NCBI GenBank assembly: GCA_052327205.1
Contig: JBMRGM010000036.1
Span: 79,484,001 to 79,548,000 of the forward strand
Origin: Somniosus microcephalus
Taxonomy: Eukaryota
Length of the DNA: 64,000 nt
Direction of reading: 5' to 3'
Shown: piece after piece, positions 11,601 through 23,849 of the stretch
Layout: each line of letters opens with the position of its first letter
Numbering within the stretch: position 1 is the stretch's first letter
Translations under genes and position numbers: made by a program
Notes under the pieces: model-generated
Told to the model about the DNA's origin: nothing
What the model saw: only the letters and a program-made list of their open reading frames with translations
Databases searched by the model: none

Positions 11601-13068
11601 AGGTCCAGGTGATTTATCCGCCTTGAGTCCCATTATTTTACCGAGTACCACTTCCTTAGTGATTTTGATCGTGTTTAGCTCCTCCCCCCCCTTTAGCCCC
11701 CTGTTTGTCCAGTGTTGGGATATTCTTAGTGTCTTCTACTGTAAAGACTGATGTAAAATATTCATTCAGTGTTTTTGCCATCTCCATATTTCCCACCATT
11801 AATTTCCCGGTCTCATCCTCTAAGGGACCAACATTTACTTTAGCCACCCTTTTTCTTTTTATATAACTATAAAAACTCTTACTATCTGTTTTTATATTTT
11901 TTGCTAATTTACTTTCATAATCTATCTTCCCTTTCTTAATCAATCTTTTTGTTATTTTTTGCTGTCTTTTAAAGTTTTCCCAATCTTCTATCCTCCCACT
12001 AGATTTGGCTACCTTATATGCCCTTGTTTTTAGTCGAATACTATCCTTAATTTCTTTACTTAGCCACGGATGGCTGTCTTCTTTTACACCCTTTTCTTCT
12101 CAGTGGAATATATATTTTTTGGAAGTTGTAAAATAACTCCTTGAATGTACACCACTGATCATGTATCGTCTTACCCTTTAATCTATTTTCCCAATCCACT
12201 CTACTCAATTCCGCTCTCATACCTTCATAGTCTCCTTTATTCAAGCTTAGCACGCTTGTTTGAGATCCAACCTTCTCGCCCTCTAATTGAATATGGAATT
12301 CAACCATGTTATGGTCACTCATTCCAAGGGGATCCTTTACTGGGACATTTTTAATTAATCCCGTCTCGTTACACAGGACCAGATCTAAGGTTGCTTGCCC
12401 CCTGGTCGGTTCAGTTACATACTGCTCAAGAAACCCATCCCTAATACACTCAATGAACTCATCCTCAAGGCTGCTCTGCCCAATTTGATTTGTCCAATTA
12501 ATATGATAGTTGAAATCCCCCATAATTATAGATGTTCCCTTATTACAAGCCTCAACTATTTCCTGATTGATACTCCGTCCAACAGAGTTGCCACTGTTCG
12601 GAGGCCTATAGACTACGCCCACTAGTGTTTTTTTCCCCTTATTATTCCTTACCTCCACCCAAACTGTTTCATTATCCTGATCTTTTGACCCAATATCATT
12701 TCTCTGTATTACAGTGATTCCTTCCTTTATTAACATAGCCACCCCACCTCCCCTCCCTTCCTGCCTGTCCTTCCTAAATAACCTGGTATGTTTAATTCCC
12801 AGTCATGGTCACCCTGCAGCCATGTTTCTGTAATGGCCACAAGATCATACCCATATGTAGTTATTTGTGCCATTAACTCATCTATTTTGTTACGAATGCT
12901 ACGTGCATTCAGATAGAGAACTTTCAAAGATGTTTTGTGACACTTAGTTCCTGCTTTTGCCCTTTTTATTACTTTACCTTTTACTCGATACCTTCTGCCC
13001 CTTCCTGACACGCTCTGGTTTTTAATTTCCCCACTGCTACCTAAGTCTATGACCTTCTCTGTTGTCAT
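8699..13068 (-). pseudogene. CR1 'A' ORF2 (APE endonuclease + reverse transcriptase), frameshifted and interrupted
   Basis: YLNARS, ITETW, MGDFN, SDH (APE); PGPDG, QGSVLGP, FADDTK (RT). Confidence 0.92.
9124..10544 (+). mobile_element. 5'-truncated CR1 (different subfamily) nested in element A ORF2
   Basis: 364-aa RT ORF plus frameshifted C-terminus, ACTCTATG-type tail, TATGT duplicated at 9119-9123 and 10545-10549. Confidence 0.95.
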
Positions 13069-13109
13069 TTCTATTATTTGCTCTCTAGGAACCTCCCCCC
13101 CGCCACTAG

Positions 13110-14067
13110 TTAGTTTAAAGCCCTCTCTACAGCCCTAGTTATATGATCCGCCAGGACTCTAGTCCCAGCACTGGCCAAGTGAAGCCCGTCCCAACGGAAC
13201 AGCTCCCTCCTGCCCCAGTACTGGTGCCAGTGTCCCAGGAAGCAAAACCCATTTCTCCCACACCAGTCTTTGAGCCACGCATTTAACTCTCTAATTTTAT
13301 TTGCCCTAGCCAAATTCGCTCGTGGCTCAGGTAATAATCCAGAGATTATTACCCTTGTGGTTCTGCTTTTTAATTTGGCCCCTAGCTGCTCAAACTCCCT
13401 CAGCAGAACCTCCTTCCTTGTCCTATCTATGTCATTGGTACCAACATGGACCACGACAACTGGATCCTCCCCCTCCCACTTCAAGTTTCTCTCCAGTCCA
13501 GAGGAGATGTCCTTAACCCTGGCACCGGGCAGGCAACACAGCCTTCGGGACTCTCGCTCTCGGCTGCAAGGAACTCTATCTATCCCCCTAACGATACTAT
13601 CCCCTACCACTACAACATTTCTTTTAACTCCCCCCCACTTGAATGGCCCCCTGCTCCACGGTGCTGTGGCCAGGTTGCTCATCCTCCCTGCAGTCCCTGC
13701 TCCTGTCCCCACAGGGAGTAAGAGCCTCGAACCTGTTGGACAAGTGCAAGGGCTGCGGCTCCTCCAACACTACCTCCTGGATCCCCGTACCTGCCTCACT
13801 TCTAGTCACACCATCCTGACCCTGGCCACGGACTACATCTGAATTAATTAATCTAATTGGTGTGACTACCTCGTGATACACAGAGTCCAGGTACCTCTCC
13901 CCCTCCCTGATGTGTCTCAGTGTTTGAAGCTCGATCTCCAGCTCTTCAACACGGAGCCAGAGTTCCTCGAGCAGCCAACACTTACTGCAAATGTGATCAC
14001 CGTGAGCATCAATGGTGTTCACCAGCTCCCACATATTGCAGCAGCAACACATCGCCTGATCTCCCAT
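13110..14067 (-). pseudogene. CR1 'A' ORF1: Cys/His zinc-finger-like + leucine zipper + SGNH/GDSL esterase, one frameshift
   Basis: CCCCNMW..HICSKC, heptad Leu, VVVGDSIVRG, HVGTND, DGLHL. Confidence 0.9.
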
Positions 14068-14292
14068 TCTATGTAATTAATTAAATTTATTAATATTATT
14101 CTTAAATATCCTCTGCCCCGATTCTAGATGGTGAATATCACACCTTAGAAACTATAAATCAAAGAGATTTAAGCTTAAAAGGGAGAAATACTCACCAACC
14201 AATCACTTACCCGCTTTCTGGTGACGTCACACTTGGATTACTTTTTACCTCTCTCCTTCCCTCCGAGTTCAGAGACTGGAGACTGGTGAACC

Positions 14293-17200
14293 TACCTGGT
14301 CTCTGGGGACTTTTATACCCCGCTCTGCCGCTGAAACACCCGCCGACGCACTGAGGCCTTACCTGGGTCTCTGGGGCCTTTGATAGCCCCGCTCTGCCGC
14401 TGAAACACCCGCCGACGCTCTGAGACCTTACCTGGTCTCTGGGGACTTTTATACCCCGCTCTGCCGCTGAAACACCCGCCGACGCTGTGAGACCTTACCT
14501 GGTCTCTGGGGACTTTTATACCCCGCTCCGCCGCTCAGGATTCCCGCCGACGCTGTGAGACCTTACCTGGTCTCTGGGGACTTTTATACCCCGCTCTGCC
14601 GCTCAGGATTCCCGCCGACGCTGTGAGACCTTACCTGGTCTCTGGGGACTTTTATACCCCGCTCTGCCGCTCAGGATTCCCGCCGACGCACTGAGGCCTT
14701 ACCTGGTCTCTGGGACTTTTATACCCCGCTCTGCCGCTCAGGTTTCCCGCCGACGCTGTGAGGCCTTACCTGGTCTCTGGGGACTTTTATACCCCGCTCT
14801 GCCGCTCAGGATTCCCGCCGACGCTGTGAGGCCTTACCTGGTCTCTGGGGACTTTTATAGCCCCGCTCTGCCGCTCAGGATTCCCGCCGACGTTGTGAGG
14901 CCTTACCTGGTCTCTGGGGCCTTTTATACCCCGCTCTGCCGCTCAGGATTCCCGCCGACGCTGTGAGACCTTACCTGGTCTCTGGGACTTTTATACCCCG
15001 CTCTGCCGCTCAGGATTCCTGCCGACGCTGTGAGACCTTACCTGGTCTCTGGGGACTTTTATACCCCGCTCTGCCGCTCAGGATTCCCGCCGACGCACTG
15101 AGGCCTTACCTGGTCTCTGGGGACTTTTATACCCCGCTCTGCCGCTCAGGTTTCCCGCCGACGCACTGAGGCCTTACCTGGTCTCTCGGGACTTTTATAC
15201 CCCGCTCCGCCGCTCAGGTTTCCCGCCGACGCTGTGAGGCCTTACCTGGTCTCTGGGGACTTTAATACCCCGCTCTGCCGCTCAGGTTTCCCGCCGACGC
15301 TGTGAGGCCTTACCTGGTCTCTGGGGACTTTTATACCCCGCTCTGCCGCTCAGGATTCCCGCCGACGCTGTGAGGCCTTACCTGGTCTCTGGGGACTTTT
15401 ATACCCCGCTCTGCCGCTCAGGATTCCCACCGACACTGTGAGACCTTACCTGGTCTCTGGGACTTTTATACCCCGCTCTGCCGCTCAGGATTCCCACCGA
15501 CACTGTGAGGCCTTACCTGGTCTCTGGGACTTTTATACCCCGCTCCGCCGCTCAGGTTTCCCGCCGACGCTATGAGGCATTACCTGGTCTCTGGGACTTT
15601 TATACCCCGCTCCGCCGCTCAGGTTTCCCGCCGACACTGAGACCTTACCTGGTCTCTGGGGACTTTTATACCCCGCTCTGCCGCTCAGGATTCCCACCGA
15701 CACTGTGAGGCCTTACCTGGTCTCTGGGGACTTTTATACCCCGCTCTGCCGCTCAGGATTCCCACCGACACTGAGACCTTACCTGGTCTCTGGGGACTTT
15801 TATACCCCGCTCTGCCGCTCAGGATTCCCGCCGACGCTATGAGGCATTACCTGGTCTCTGGGACTTTTATACCCCGCTCCGCCGCTCAGGTTTCCCGCCG
15901 ATGCACTGAGACCTTACCTGGTCTCTGGGGACTTTTATACCCCGCTCTGCCGCTCAGGATTCCCGCCGACGCTGTGAGACCTTACCTGGTCTCTGGGGAC
16001 TTTTATACCCCGCTCTGCCGCTCAGGATTCCCGCCGACGCTGTGAGACCTTACCTGGTCTCTGGGGACTTCTATACCCCGCTCCGCCGCTCAGGTTTCCC
16101 GCCGACGCACTGAGGCCTTACCTGGTCTCTGGGACTTTTATACCCCGCTCTGCCGCTCAGGATTCCCGCCGACGCACTGAGGCCTTACCTGGTCTCTCGG
16201 GACTTTTATACCCCGCTCCGCCGCTCAGGTTTCCCGCCGACGCTGTGAGGCCTTACCTGGTCTCTGGGGACTTTTATACCCCGCTCTGCCGCTCAGGTTT
16301 CCCGCCGACGCTGTGAGGCCTTACCTGGTCTCTGGGGACTTTTATACCCCGCTCTGCCGCTCAGGATTCCCGCCGACGCTGTGAGGCCTTACCTGGTCTC
16401 TGGGGACTTTTATACCCCGCTCTGCCGCTCAGGATTCCCACCGACACTGTGAGACCTTACCTGGTCTCTGGGGACTTTTATACCCCGCTCTGCCGCTCAG
16501 GATTCCCACCGACACTGTGAGACCTTACCTGGTCTCTGGGGACTTTTATACCCCGCTCTGCCGCTCAGGATTCCCGCCGACGCTATGAGGCATTACCTGG
16601 TCTCTGGGACTTTTATACCCCGCTCCGCCGCTCAGGTTTCCCGCCGACGCACTGAGGCCTTACCTGGTCTCTGGGGACTTTTATACCCCGCTCCGCCGCT
16701 CAGGTTTCCCGCCGATGCACTGAGACCACCTTACCTGGTCTCTGGGGACTTTTATACCACGCTCTGCCGCTCAGGTTTCCCGCCGACGCTGTGAGACCTT
16801 ACCTGGTCTCTGGGGACTTTTATACCCCGCTCTGCCGCTCAGGTTTCCCGCCGACGCTGTGAGGCCTTACCTGGTCTCTGGGGACTTTTATACCCCGCTC
16901 TGCCGCTCAGGTTTCCCGCCGACGCTATGAGGCATTACCTGGTCTCTGGGACTTTTATACCACGCTCTGCCGCTCAGGTTTCCCGCCGACGCACTGAGGC
17001 CTTACCTGGTCTCTGGGGACTTTTATACCCCGCTCTGCCGCTCAGGATTCCCGCCGATGCACTGAGGCCTTACCTGGTCTCTGGGACTTTTATACCCCGC
17101 TCCGCCGCTCAGGATTCCCGCCGACGCTGTGAGACCTTACCTGGTCTCTGGGGACTTTTATACCCCGCTCTGCCGCTCAGGTTTCCCGCCGACGCTGTGA

Positions 17201-17611
17201 GGCCTTACCTGGTCTCTGGGGACTTTTATACCCCGCTCCGCCGCTCAGGTTTCCCGCCGACGCTGTGAGGTCTTACCTGGTCTCTGGGGACTTTTATAGC
17301 CCCGCTCTGCCGCTCAGGATTCCCGCCGACGCTGTGAGGTCTTACCTGGTCTCTGGGGACTTTTATACCCCGCTCCGCCGCTCAGGTTTCCCGCCGACGC
17401 TGTGAGGTCTTACCTGGTCTCTGGGGACTTTTATACCCCGCTCTGCCGCTCAGGTTTCCCGCCGACGCTGTGAGGTCTTACCTGGTCTCTGGGGACTTTT
17501 ATACCCCGCTCTGCCGCTCAGGATTCCCGCCGACGCTGTGAGACCTTACCTGGTCTCTGGGGACTTTTATACCCCGCTCTGCCGCTCAGGTTTCCCGTCG
17601 ACGCACTGAGG
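14293..17611 (-). repeat. 68-bp tandem array (~49 copies) forming the 5' UTR of CR1 'A'; each unit has TATAAAA, CAG|GTAAGG and TCAGT/TCACA
   Basis: Minus-strand unit TATAAAAGTCCCCAGAGACCAGGTAAGGCCTCAGTGCGTCGGCGGGAATCCTGAGCGGCAGAGCGGGG; period 68 measured at 14581/14649. Confidence 0.97.
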
Positions 17612-18124
17612 ACAGTTACTCAGATTGGCAAAAGGTGGGAAGCAGTGTTCCACAAGGATCGGTGCTGGGACCACAGCTGTTCACTATTTACATAAACGAT
17701 TTGGACTCTGAAATCGGCAGTACAATTTCAAAATTTGCAGATGACACCAAATTAGTTAACACTGAGGAGGTCTGTGACAAAATGCAAGACAATATTATTA
17801 AACTTGCAGAATGGGCGTGCAATAGGCAAATGAACGTCACTATAGATAATGTGAGCTGGTACATTTTGGTAGAGGGAATAAGGAGGCCACCTACTGTTTG
17901 GAAAATAAGAGTCTAAATGGGGTCGAGGAGCAGAGGGCTCTGGGGTACAGATTCACAAATCACTAAAAGTAACGATGCAGGTTAATAAAGCCATAAAAAA
18001 AAAAAACAAGCACTGGGGTTCATTTCTAAAGGGATAGAATTGAAAAGTAGTGAAGTTATGTTAAACTTGTATTGAACCTTGGTTAGACCACACTTGGAGC
18101 ACTGCACAGTTCTGGTCTCCATAT

Positions 18125-21091
18125 ACCCGCTCCCCGTAACCCTTAATTCCCTTTACTTCTAGGAAACTATCTATTTCTGTTTTAAATTTATTTAATGATG
18201 TAGCTTCCACAGCTTTCTGGGGCAGCAAATTCCACAAACCTACCACCCTCTGAGTGAAGAAGTTTCTCCTCATCTCAGTTTTGAAAGAGCAGCCCCTTAT
18301 TTTAAGATTATGCCCCCTAGTTCTAGTTTCACCCATCATTGGGAACATCCTCACCGCATCCACCCGATCCAACCCCTTCACAATCTTATATGTTTCAATA
18401 AGATCGCCTCTCATTCTTCTGAACTCCAATGAGTAGAGTCCCAATCTACTCAACCTCTCCTCATATGACCACCCCCTCATCCCCGGGATTAACCGAGTGA
18501 ACCTTCTTTGTACTGACTCGAGAGCAAGTATGTCTTTTCTTAAGTATGGACACCAAAACTGTATGCAGTATTCCAGGTGCGGTCTCACCAATACCTTGTA
18601 TAACTGCAGCAATACCTCCTTGTTTTTATATTCTATCCCCCTAGCAATGAAAGCCAACATTCCATTGGCCTTCTTGATCACTTGCTGCACCTGCATACTA
18701 ACTTTTTGAGTTTCGTGCACCAGGACCCCCAGATCCCTTTGTACTACAGTACTTTCCAGTTTCTTGCCATTAAGATAATAACTTGCTCTATGATTTTTCC
18801 TGCCAAAGTGCATAACCTCACACTTTCCAGTATTGTATTCCATCTGCCAAATTTCTGCCCACTTACTTAGCCTGTCTATGTCACTTTGTAGGTTTTTTAT
18901 GTCCTCCTCACTCACTACTTTCCCTCCCATCTTTGTATCATCTGCAAACTTTGATATGTTACACTTGGTCCCCTCCTCCAAATCGCTAATATAGATTGTA
19001 AAGAGTTGGGGACCCAGCACTGACCCCTGCGGAACACCACTAGTTACTGATTGCCAGTCTGAGAATGAACCATTTATCCCAACTCTCTGCTTTCTGTTAG
19101 AGAGCCAATTCTCCACCCACGCCAGAATATTACCCCCAATCCTGTGATTTTTTTATCTTGAGCAATAATCTTTTGTGTGGCACCTTGTCAAATGCCTTTT
19201 GGAAGTCTAAATACACTACGTCCACTGGTTCTCCTTTATCCACCCTGTATGTTACTTCCTCAAAGAACTCAAGCAAATTTGTCAAACATGACTTCCCCTT
19301 CATGAAACCATGCTGAGTTTGTCCTATTAAATTATGTTTATCCAAATGTCCCGTTACTGTCTCCTTAATAATGGACTCTAACATTTTACCAACCACAGAT
19401 GTTAGGCTAACAGGTCTATAGTTACCAGCCTTCTGCCTACTACCCTTTTTAAATAAGGGTGTTACATTAGCAGTTTTCCAATCTGCTGGGACCTTTGCTG
19501 AGTCCAGGGAGTTTTGGAAAATTATTACCAATGCATCCACAATCCCTACCGCCACTTCCCTCAGGACCCTAGGATGTAAGCCATCAGGTCCAGGGGATTT
19601 ATCCGGCTTAATTCCCATTATTTTACCAAGTACCACTTCCTTAGTGATTTTAATCGTATTTAGCTCCTCTCCCCCTAGAGCCCCCTGTTTGTCCAGTGTT
19701 GGGATATTCTTAGTGTCCTCTACCGTAAAGACTGATACAAAATATTTGTTCAGCATTTTTGCCATCTCCATGTTTCCCACCATTAATTTCCCAGTCTCAT
19801 CCTCTAAGGGACCAACATTTACTTTAGCCACCCTTTTTCTTTTAATATAACTATAGAAACTTTTGCTATCCGTTTTTATATTTTTTGCTAATTTACTTTC
19901 ATAATCTATCTTCCCTTTCTTAATCAATCTTTTAGTTATTTTTTGCTGTCTTTTAAAGTTTTCCCAATCTTCTATCCTCCCACTAGATTTGGCTACCTTA
20001 TATGCCCTTGTTTTTAGTCGGATACTATCCTTAATTACTTTACTTAGCCACGGATGGCTATCTTTTCTTTTACACCCTTTTTTCCTCAGTGGAATATATA
20101 TTTTTTGGAAGTTGTAAAATAACTCCTTAAATGTACACCACTGATCATGTACCGTCTTACTCTTTAATCTATTTTCCCAGTCCACTCTAATCAATTCCGC
20201 TCTCATACCTTCATAGTCTCCTTTATTCAAGCCGCTTGTTTGAGATCCAACCTTCTCGCCCTCTACTTGAATATGGAATTCAACCATGTTATGGTCACTC
20301 ATTCCAAGGGCATCCTTTACTAGGACATTTTTAATTAATCCTGTCTCATTACACAGGACCAAATCTAACGTTGCTTGCCCCCTGGTCGGTTCAGTTACAT
20401 ACTACTCAAGAAACCCATCCCTAATACACTCAATGAACTCATCCTCAAGGCTGCTCTGCCCAATTTGATTTGTCCAGTTAATATGATAGTTAAAATCCCC
20501 CATAATTATAGCTGTTCCCTTATTACAAGCCTCAACTATTTCCTGATTAATACTCCGTCCAACAGAGTTGCAACTGTTCGGAGGCCTATAGACTACGCCC
20601 ACTAGTGTTTTTTTCCCCTTATTATTCCTTATCTCTACCCAAACTGTTTCACTATCCTGCTCCTTTGACCCAATATCATTTCTCTGTATTATAGTGATTC
20701 CTTCCTTTATTAACATAGCCACCCCACCTCCCCTTCCTTCCTGCCTGTCCTTCCTGATTGTTAAATAACCTGGTATGTTTAATTCCCAGTCATGGTCACC
20801 CTGCAGCCATGTTTCTGTAATGGCCACAAGATCATACCCATATGTAGTTATTTGTGCCGTTAACTCATTCATTTTGTTACGAATGCTACGTGCATTCAGA
20901 TAAAGAACTTTCAAATATGTTTTGTGACACTTAGTTCCTGTTTTTTCCCCTTTTACTACTTTACCTTTTACTCCATACCTTCTGTCCCTTCCTGACACGT
21001 TCTGTTTTTTAATTTCCCCACTGCTACCTAAGTCTATGACCTTCTCCGTTGTCATTTCTGTTATTTGCTCTCTAGGAACCTCCCCCCCCAC
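18125..21091 (-). pseudogene. CR1 'B' ORF2 (APE + RT), one stop (~20402) and one frameshift (~19140)
   Basis: ORF-track pieces 20402-21091, 19130-20362, 18061-19116 with APE and RT motifs. Confidence 0.92.
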
Positions 21092-21094
21092 TAA

Positions 21095-22045
21095 TTAGTT
21101 TAAAGCCCTCTCTACAGCCCTAGTTATATGATTTGCCAGGACTCTAGTCCCAGCACTGGCCAAGTGGAGTCCGTCCCAACGGAACAGCTCCCTCCTGTCC
21201 CAGTACTGGTGCCAGTGTCCCAAGAAGCAAAACCCATTTCTCCCACACCAGTCTTTGAGCCACGCATTTAACTCTTTAATTTTATTTATCCTAGCCAAAT
21301 TCGCTCGTGGCTCAGGTAATAATCCAGAGATTATTACCCTTGAGGTTCTGTTTTTTAATTTGACCCCTAGCTGCTCATACTCCTTTAACAGAACCTTCTT
21401 CCTTGTCCTATCTACGTCGTTTGTACCAACATGGACCACGACAACTGGATCCTCCCCCTCCAAGTTTCTTTCCAGCCCAGAAGAGATATCCTTAACCCTG
21501 GCACCGGGCAGGCAACACAGCCTTCGGGACTCCCGCTCTTGACTGCAGAGAACCCTATCTATCCCCCTAATGATACTATCCCCTACCACTACAACATTTC
21601 TTTTTACTCCCTCCACTTGAATGGCCCCCTGTACCACGGTGCTGTGGCCAGGTTGCTCATCCTCCCTGCAGTCCCCGCTCCTGCCCTCACAGGGAGTAAG
21701 AACCTCAATCCTGCTTGACAAGAGCAAGGGCTGCGGCTCCTTCAACACTACATCCTGGATCCCTGTACCTTCCTCACTCGTAGTCACACCGTCCTGTCCC
21801 TGACCACGGACTACATCTGCAGTAATTAATTTCATATGTGTGACCACCTCCTGAAACATAGAGTCCAGGAACTTCTCCCCCTCCCTGATGTGTCGCAGTG
21901 TCTGAAGCTCGGTCTCAAGCTCTTTAACATGGAGCTTGAGTTCCTCTAGCAGCAAACACTTATCGCAAATGTAATCACCGTGAGCCTCAATGGGGTCCAC
22001 CAGCTCCCACATTTCGCAACAGTGACACATCACCTGTTCACCCAT
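21095..22045 (-). CDS. CR1 'B' ORF1p, intact 316 aa: zinc-finger-like/leucine zipper + SGNH esterase
   Basis: CHCCEMW..YICDKC, LEELKLHVKELETEL, GDSIIRG, GTND, DGLH. Confidence 0.92.
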   Translation of the reverse strand: MGEQVMCHCCEMWELVDPIEAHGDYICDKCLLLEELKLHVKELETELQTLRHIREGEKFLDSMFQEVVTHMKLITADVVRGQGQDGVTTSEEGTGIQDVVLKEPQPLLLSSRIEVLTPCEGRSGDCREDEQPGHSTVVQGAIQVEGVKRNVVVVGDSIIRGIDRVLCSQERESRRLCCLPGARVKDISSGLERNLEGEDPVVVVHVGTNDVDRTRKKVLLKEYEQLGVKLKNRTSRVIISGLLPEPRANLARINKIKELNAWLKDWCGRNGFCFLGHWHQYWDRRELFRWDGLHLASAGTRVLANHITRAVERALN

Positions 22046-22339
22046 ATCTGTGTAATTAATTAAATTTCTTATTATTAGTTATGAAGACCCTCTGCCCCGA
22101 TATAGATGATAATATTACACCAGTATTTAATAGGACTTACCGAATTAAAGGTATAGAAGAGAAGGAAGAGAACCTACCAACCAGCTGATCACCAACCTCC
22201 CTCGTGGAAGCTGTCTGGGGGACCTGTCCGGTTGAATTGTCTCACTGCTCCACGTCTGCAGTGTTGGATTAGCCTGAGAGAGGGAAGCAAAACAGAGCAA
22301 CAAGCACCCCCTCACCTCCCACTTGCCCGAACTCTGCCA

Positions 22340-22430
22340 CTTACCAAACTCTACTTACACTCAATGCGACCGCACTCAGCGCTACCGCACTAAGCCCGCC
22401 CCTATTTATACCCGGATTCTACTTCCGGTT
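22340..22430 (-). promoter_or_regulatory. internal core promoter of CR1 'B': ETS site, TATA box, GC box, splice donor
   Basis: Minus strand CCGGAAGT..GGGTATAAATAGGGGCGGG (TATA starts 22410) and TTG|GTAAGT at 22344. Confidence 0.6.
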
Positions 22431-22885
22431 TCAACTCCCCAACAGCTTAATTTACTCTTTTTAAAAAAAATTAAACTTACTTCAAATAATTCACTTTTTT
22501 ACTCACTAAAATTCAGTAAATGCACTTAAAAGACTTTTTCTGCCACTTACCAAAGTCTGCTTAAACTCAATGCGATTGCACTTGGAGCACTGTGCACAGT
22601 TCTGGTCTCCATATTATAAGGATATAGAGGCACTGGAGAAGGTGCAAAAAAGATTTACAAGGATGATACCAGAACTGCGAGGTTATAACTATCAGGAAAG
22701 ATTGAACAGAGAAGAGAAGGCTGAGGGGTGACCTGATTGAGGTCTGCAGAATTATGAAAGGTTTGATAGAGTAGGCACAGAGAAGATGTTTCAACTTGTG
22801 AGGGAGACCAGAACTAGGGGCCATCAATATAAGATAATCACTAATAAATCCAATAGGGAATTCAGGAGAAACTTCTTTACCCAGA

Positions 22886-23660
22886 ACATAACATAAGAAA
22901 TAGGAGCAGGAGTCGGCCCTTCGAGCCTGCTCCGCCATTCAATAAGATCATGGCTGATCTTCTACCTCATCTTCACTTTCCTGCACGATCCCCATATCCC
23001 TTGATTCCCTTAATATTCAAAAATCTATCGATCTCTGTCTTGAATATACTCAACGACTGAGCCTCCACAGCCCTCTGGGGTAGAGAATTCCAAAGATTCA
23101 CCACCCTCCGAGTGAAGAAATTCCTCCTCATCTCAGTCCTAAATGGCCGACCCCTTATCCTGAGACTGTGACCCCTGGTTCTAGACTCCCCAGCCAGGGG
23201 AAAACATCCTCCCTGCATCTACCCTGTCAAGCCCTGTAAGAATTTTGTATGTTTCAATGAGATCACCTCTCATTCTTCTAAACTCTAGAGAATATCGGCC
23301 TAGTCTACTCAATCTCTCCTCATAGGACAATCCCCCCATCCCAGGAACCAGTCTGGTGAACCTTCGCTGCACTCCCTCTATGGCAAGTGTATCCTTCCTT
23401 AGGTGAGGAGACCAAAACTGTCCACAATACTCCAGGTGTGGTCTCACCAGGGCCCTATATAATTGTAGCAAGACGACTTTACTCTTGCACTCAAATCATT
23501 TTGTAATAAAGGCCAACATACCATTTGCTTTCCTAATTACTTGCTGTACCTGTATGTTAACTTTCAGTGATTCGTGTACAAGGACACCCAGGTCCCTCTG
23601 AACACCAACATTTCCCAATCTCTCACCATTTAAAAAATACTCTGCCTTTCTATTATTCCT
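22886..23660 (-). mobile_element. 5'-truncated CR1 3' portion
   Basis: RT C-terminus [19 protein letters not shown] and TTCTTATG tail. Confidence 0.9.
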
Positions 23661-23849
23661 ACCAGAGAGTGGTGAGAATGTGGAACTCGCTACCACAGGG
23701 AGTGGTTGAGGCGAATAGCACAGATGCATTTAAGGGGAAGCTCGATAAACACACGAGGGAGAAAGGAATAGAAGGATATGTTGATGGGGTGAGATGAAGA
23801 GGGGTGGGAGGAGGCTGGTGTGGAGCAGAAACACCGGCACGGAGCAGTT

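Larger units (their letters stand above)
8471..17608 (-). mobile_element. full-length CR1 LINE 'A' (5' tandem array, esterase ORF1, APE-RT ORF2, TTCTTATG-type tail)
   Basis: ORF1 13110-14067, ORF2 pieces 8699-13068, tail TTTCTTATGTTCTTATGTT; target CR1 resumes at both ends. Confidence 0.95.
18125..22578 (-). mobile_element. CR1 LINE 'B', 5'-complete but lacking the 3' UTR, with ~34-bp target-site duplication
   Basis: CACTTGGAGCACTG(TG)CACAGTTCTGGTCTCCATAT at 18091-18124 and 22579-22614; coding region closely similar to element A. Confidence 0.95.

Noticed and set aside
14293-17611. CRISPR-like appearance of the arrays
   Set aside because: Head-to-tail repeats with no unique spacers, no cas genes, vertebrate context
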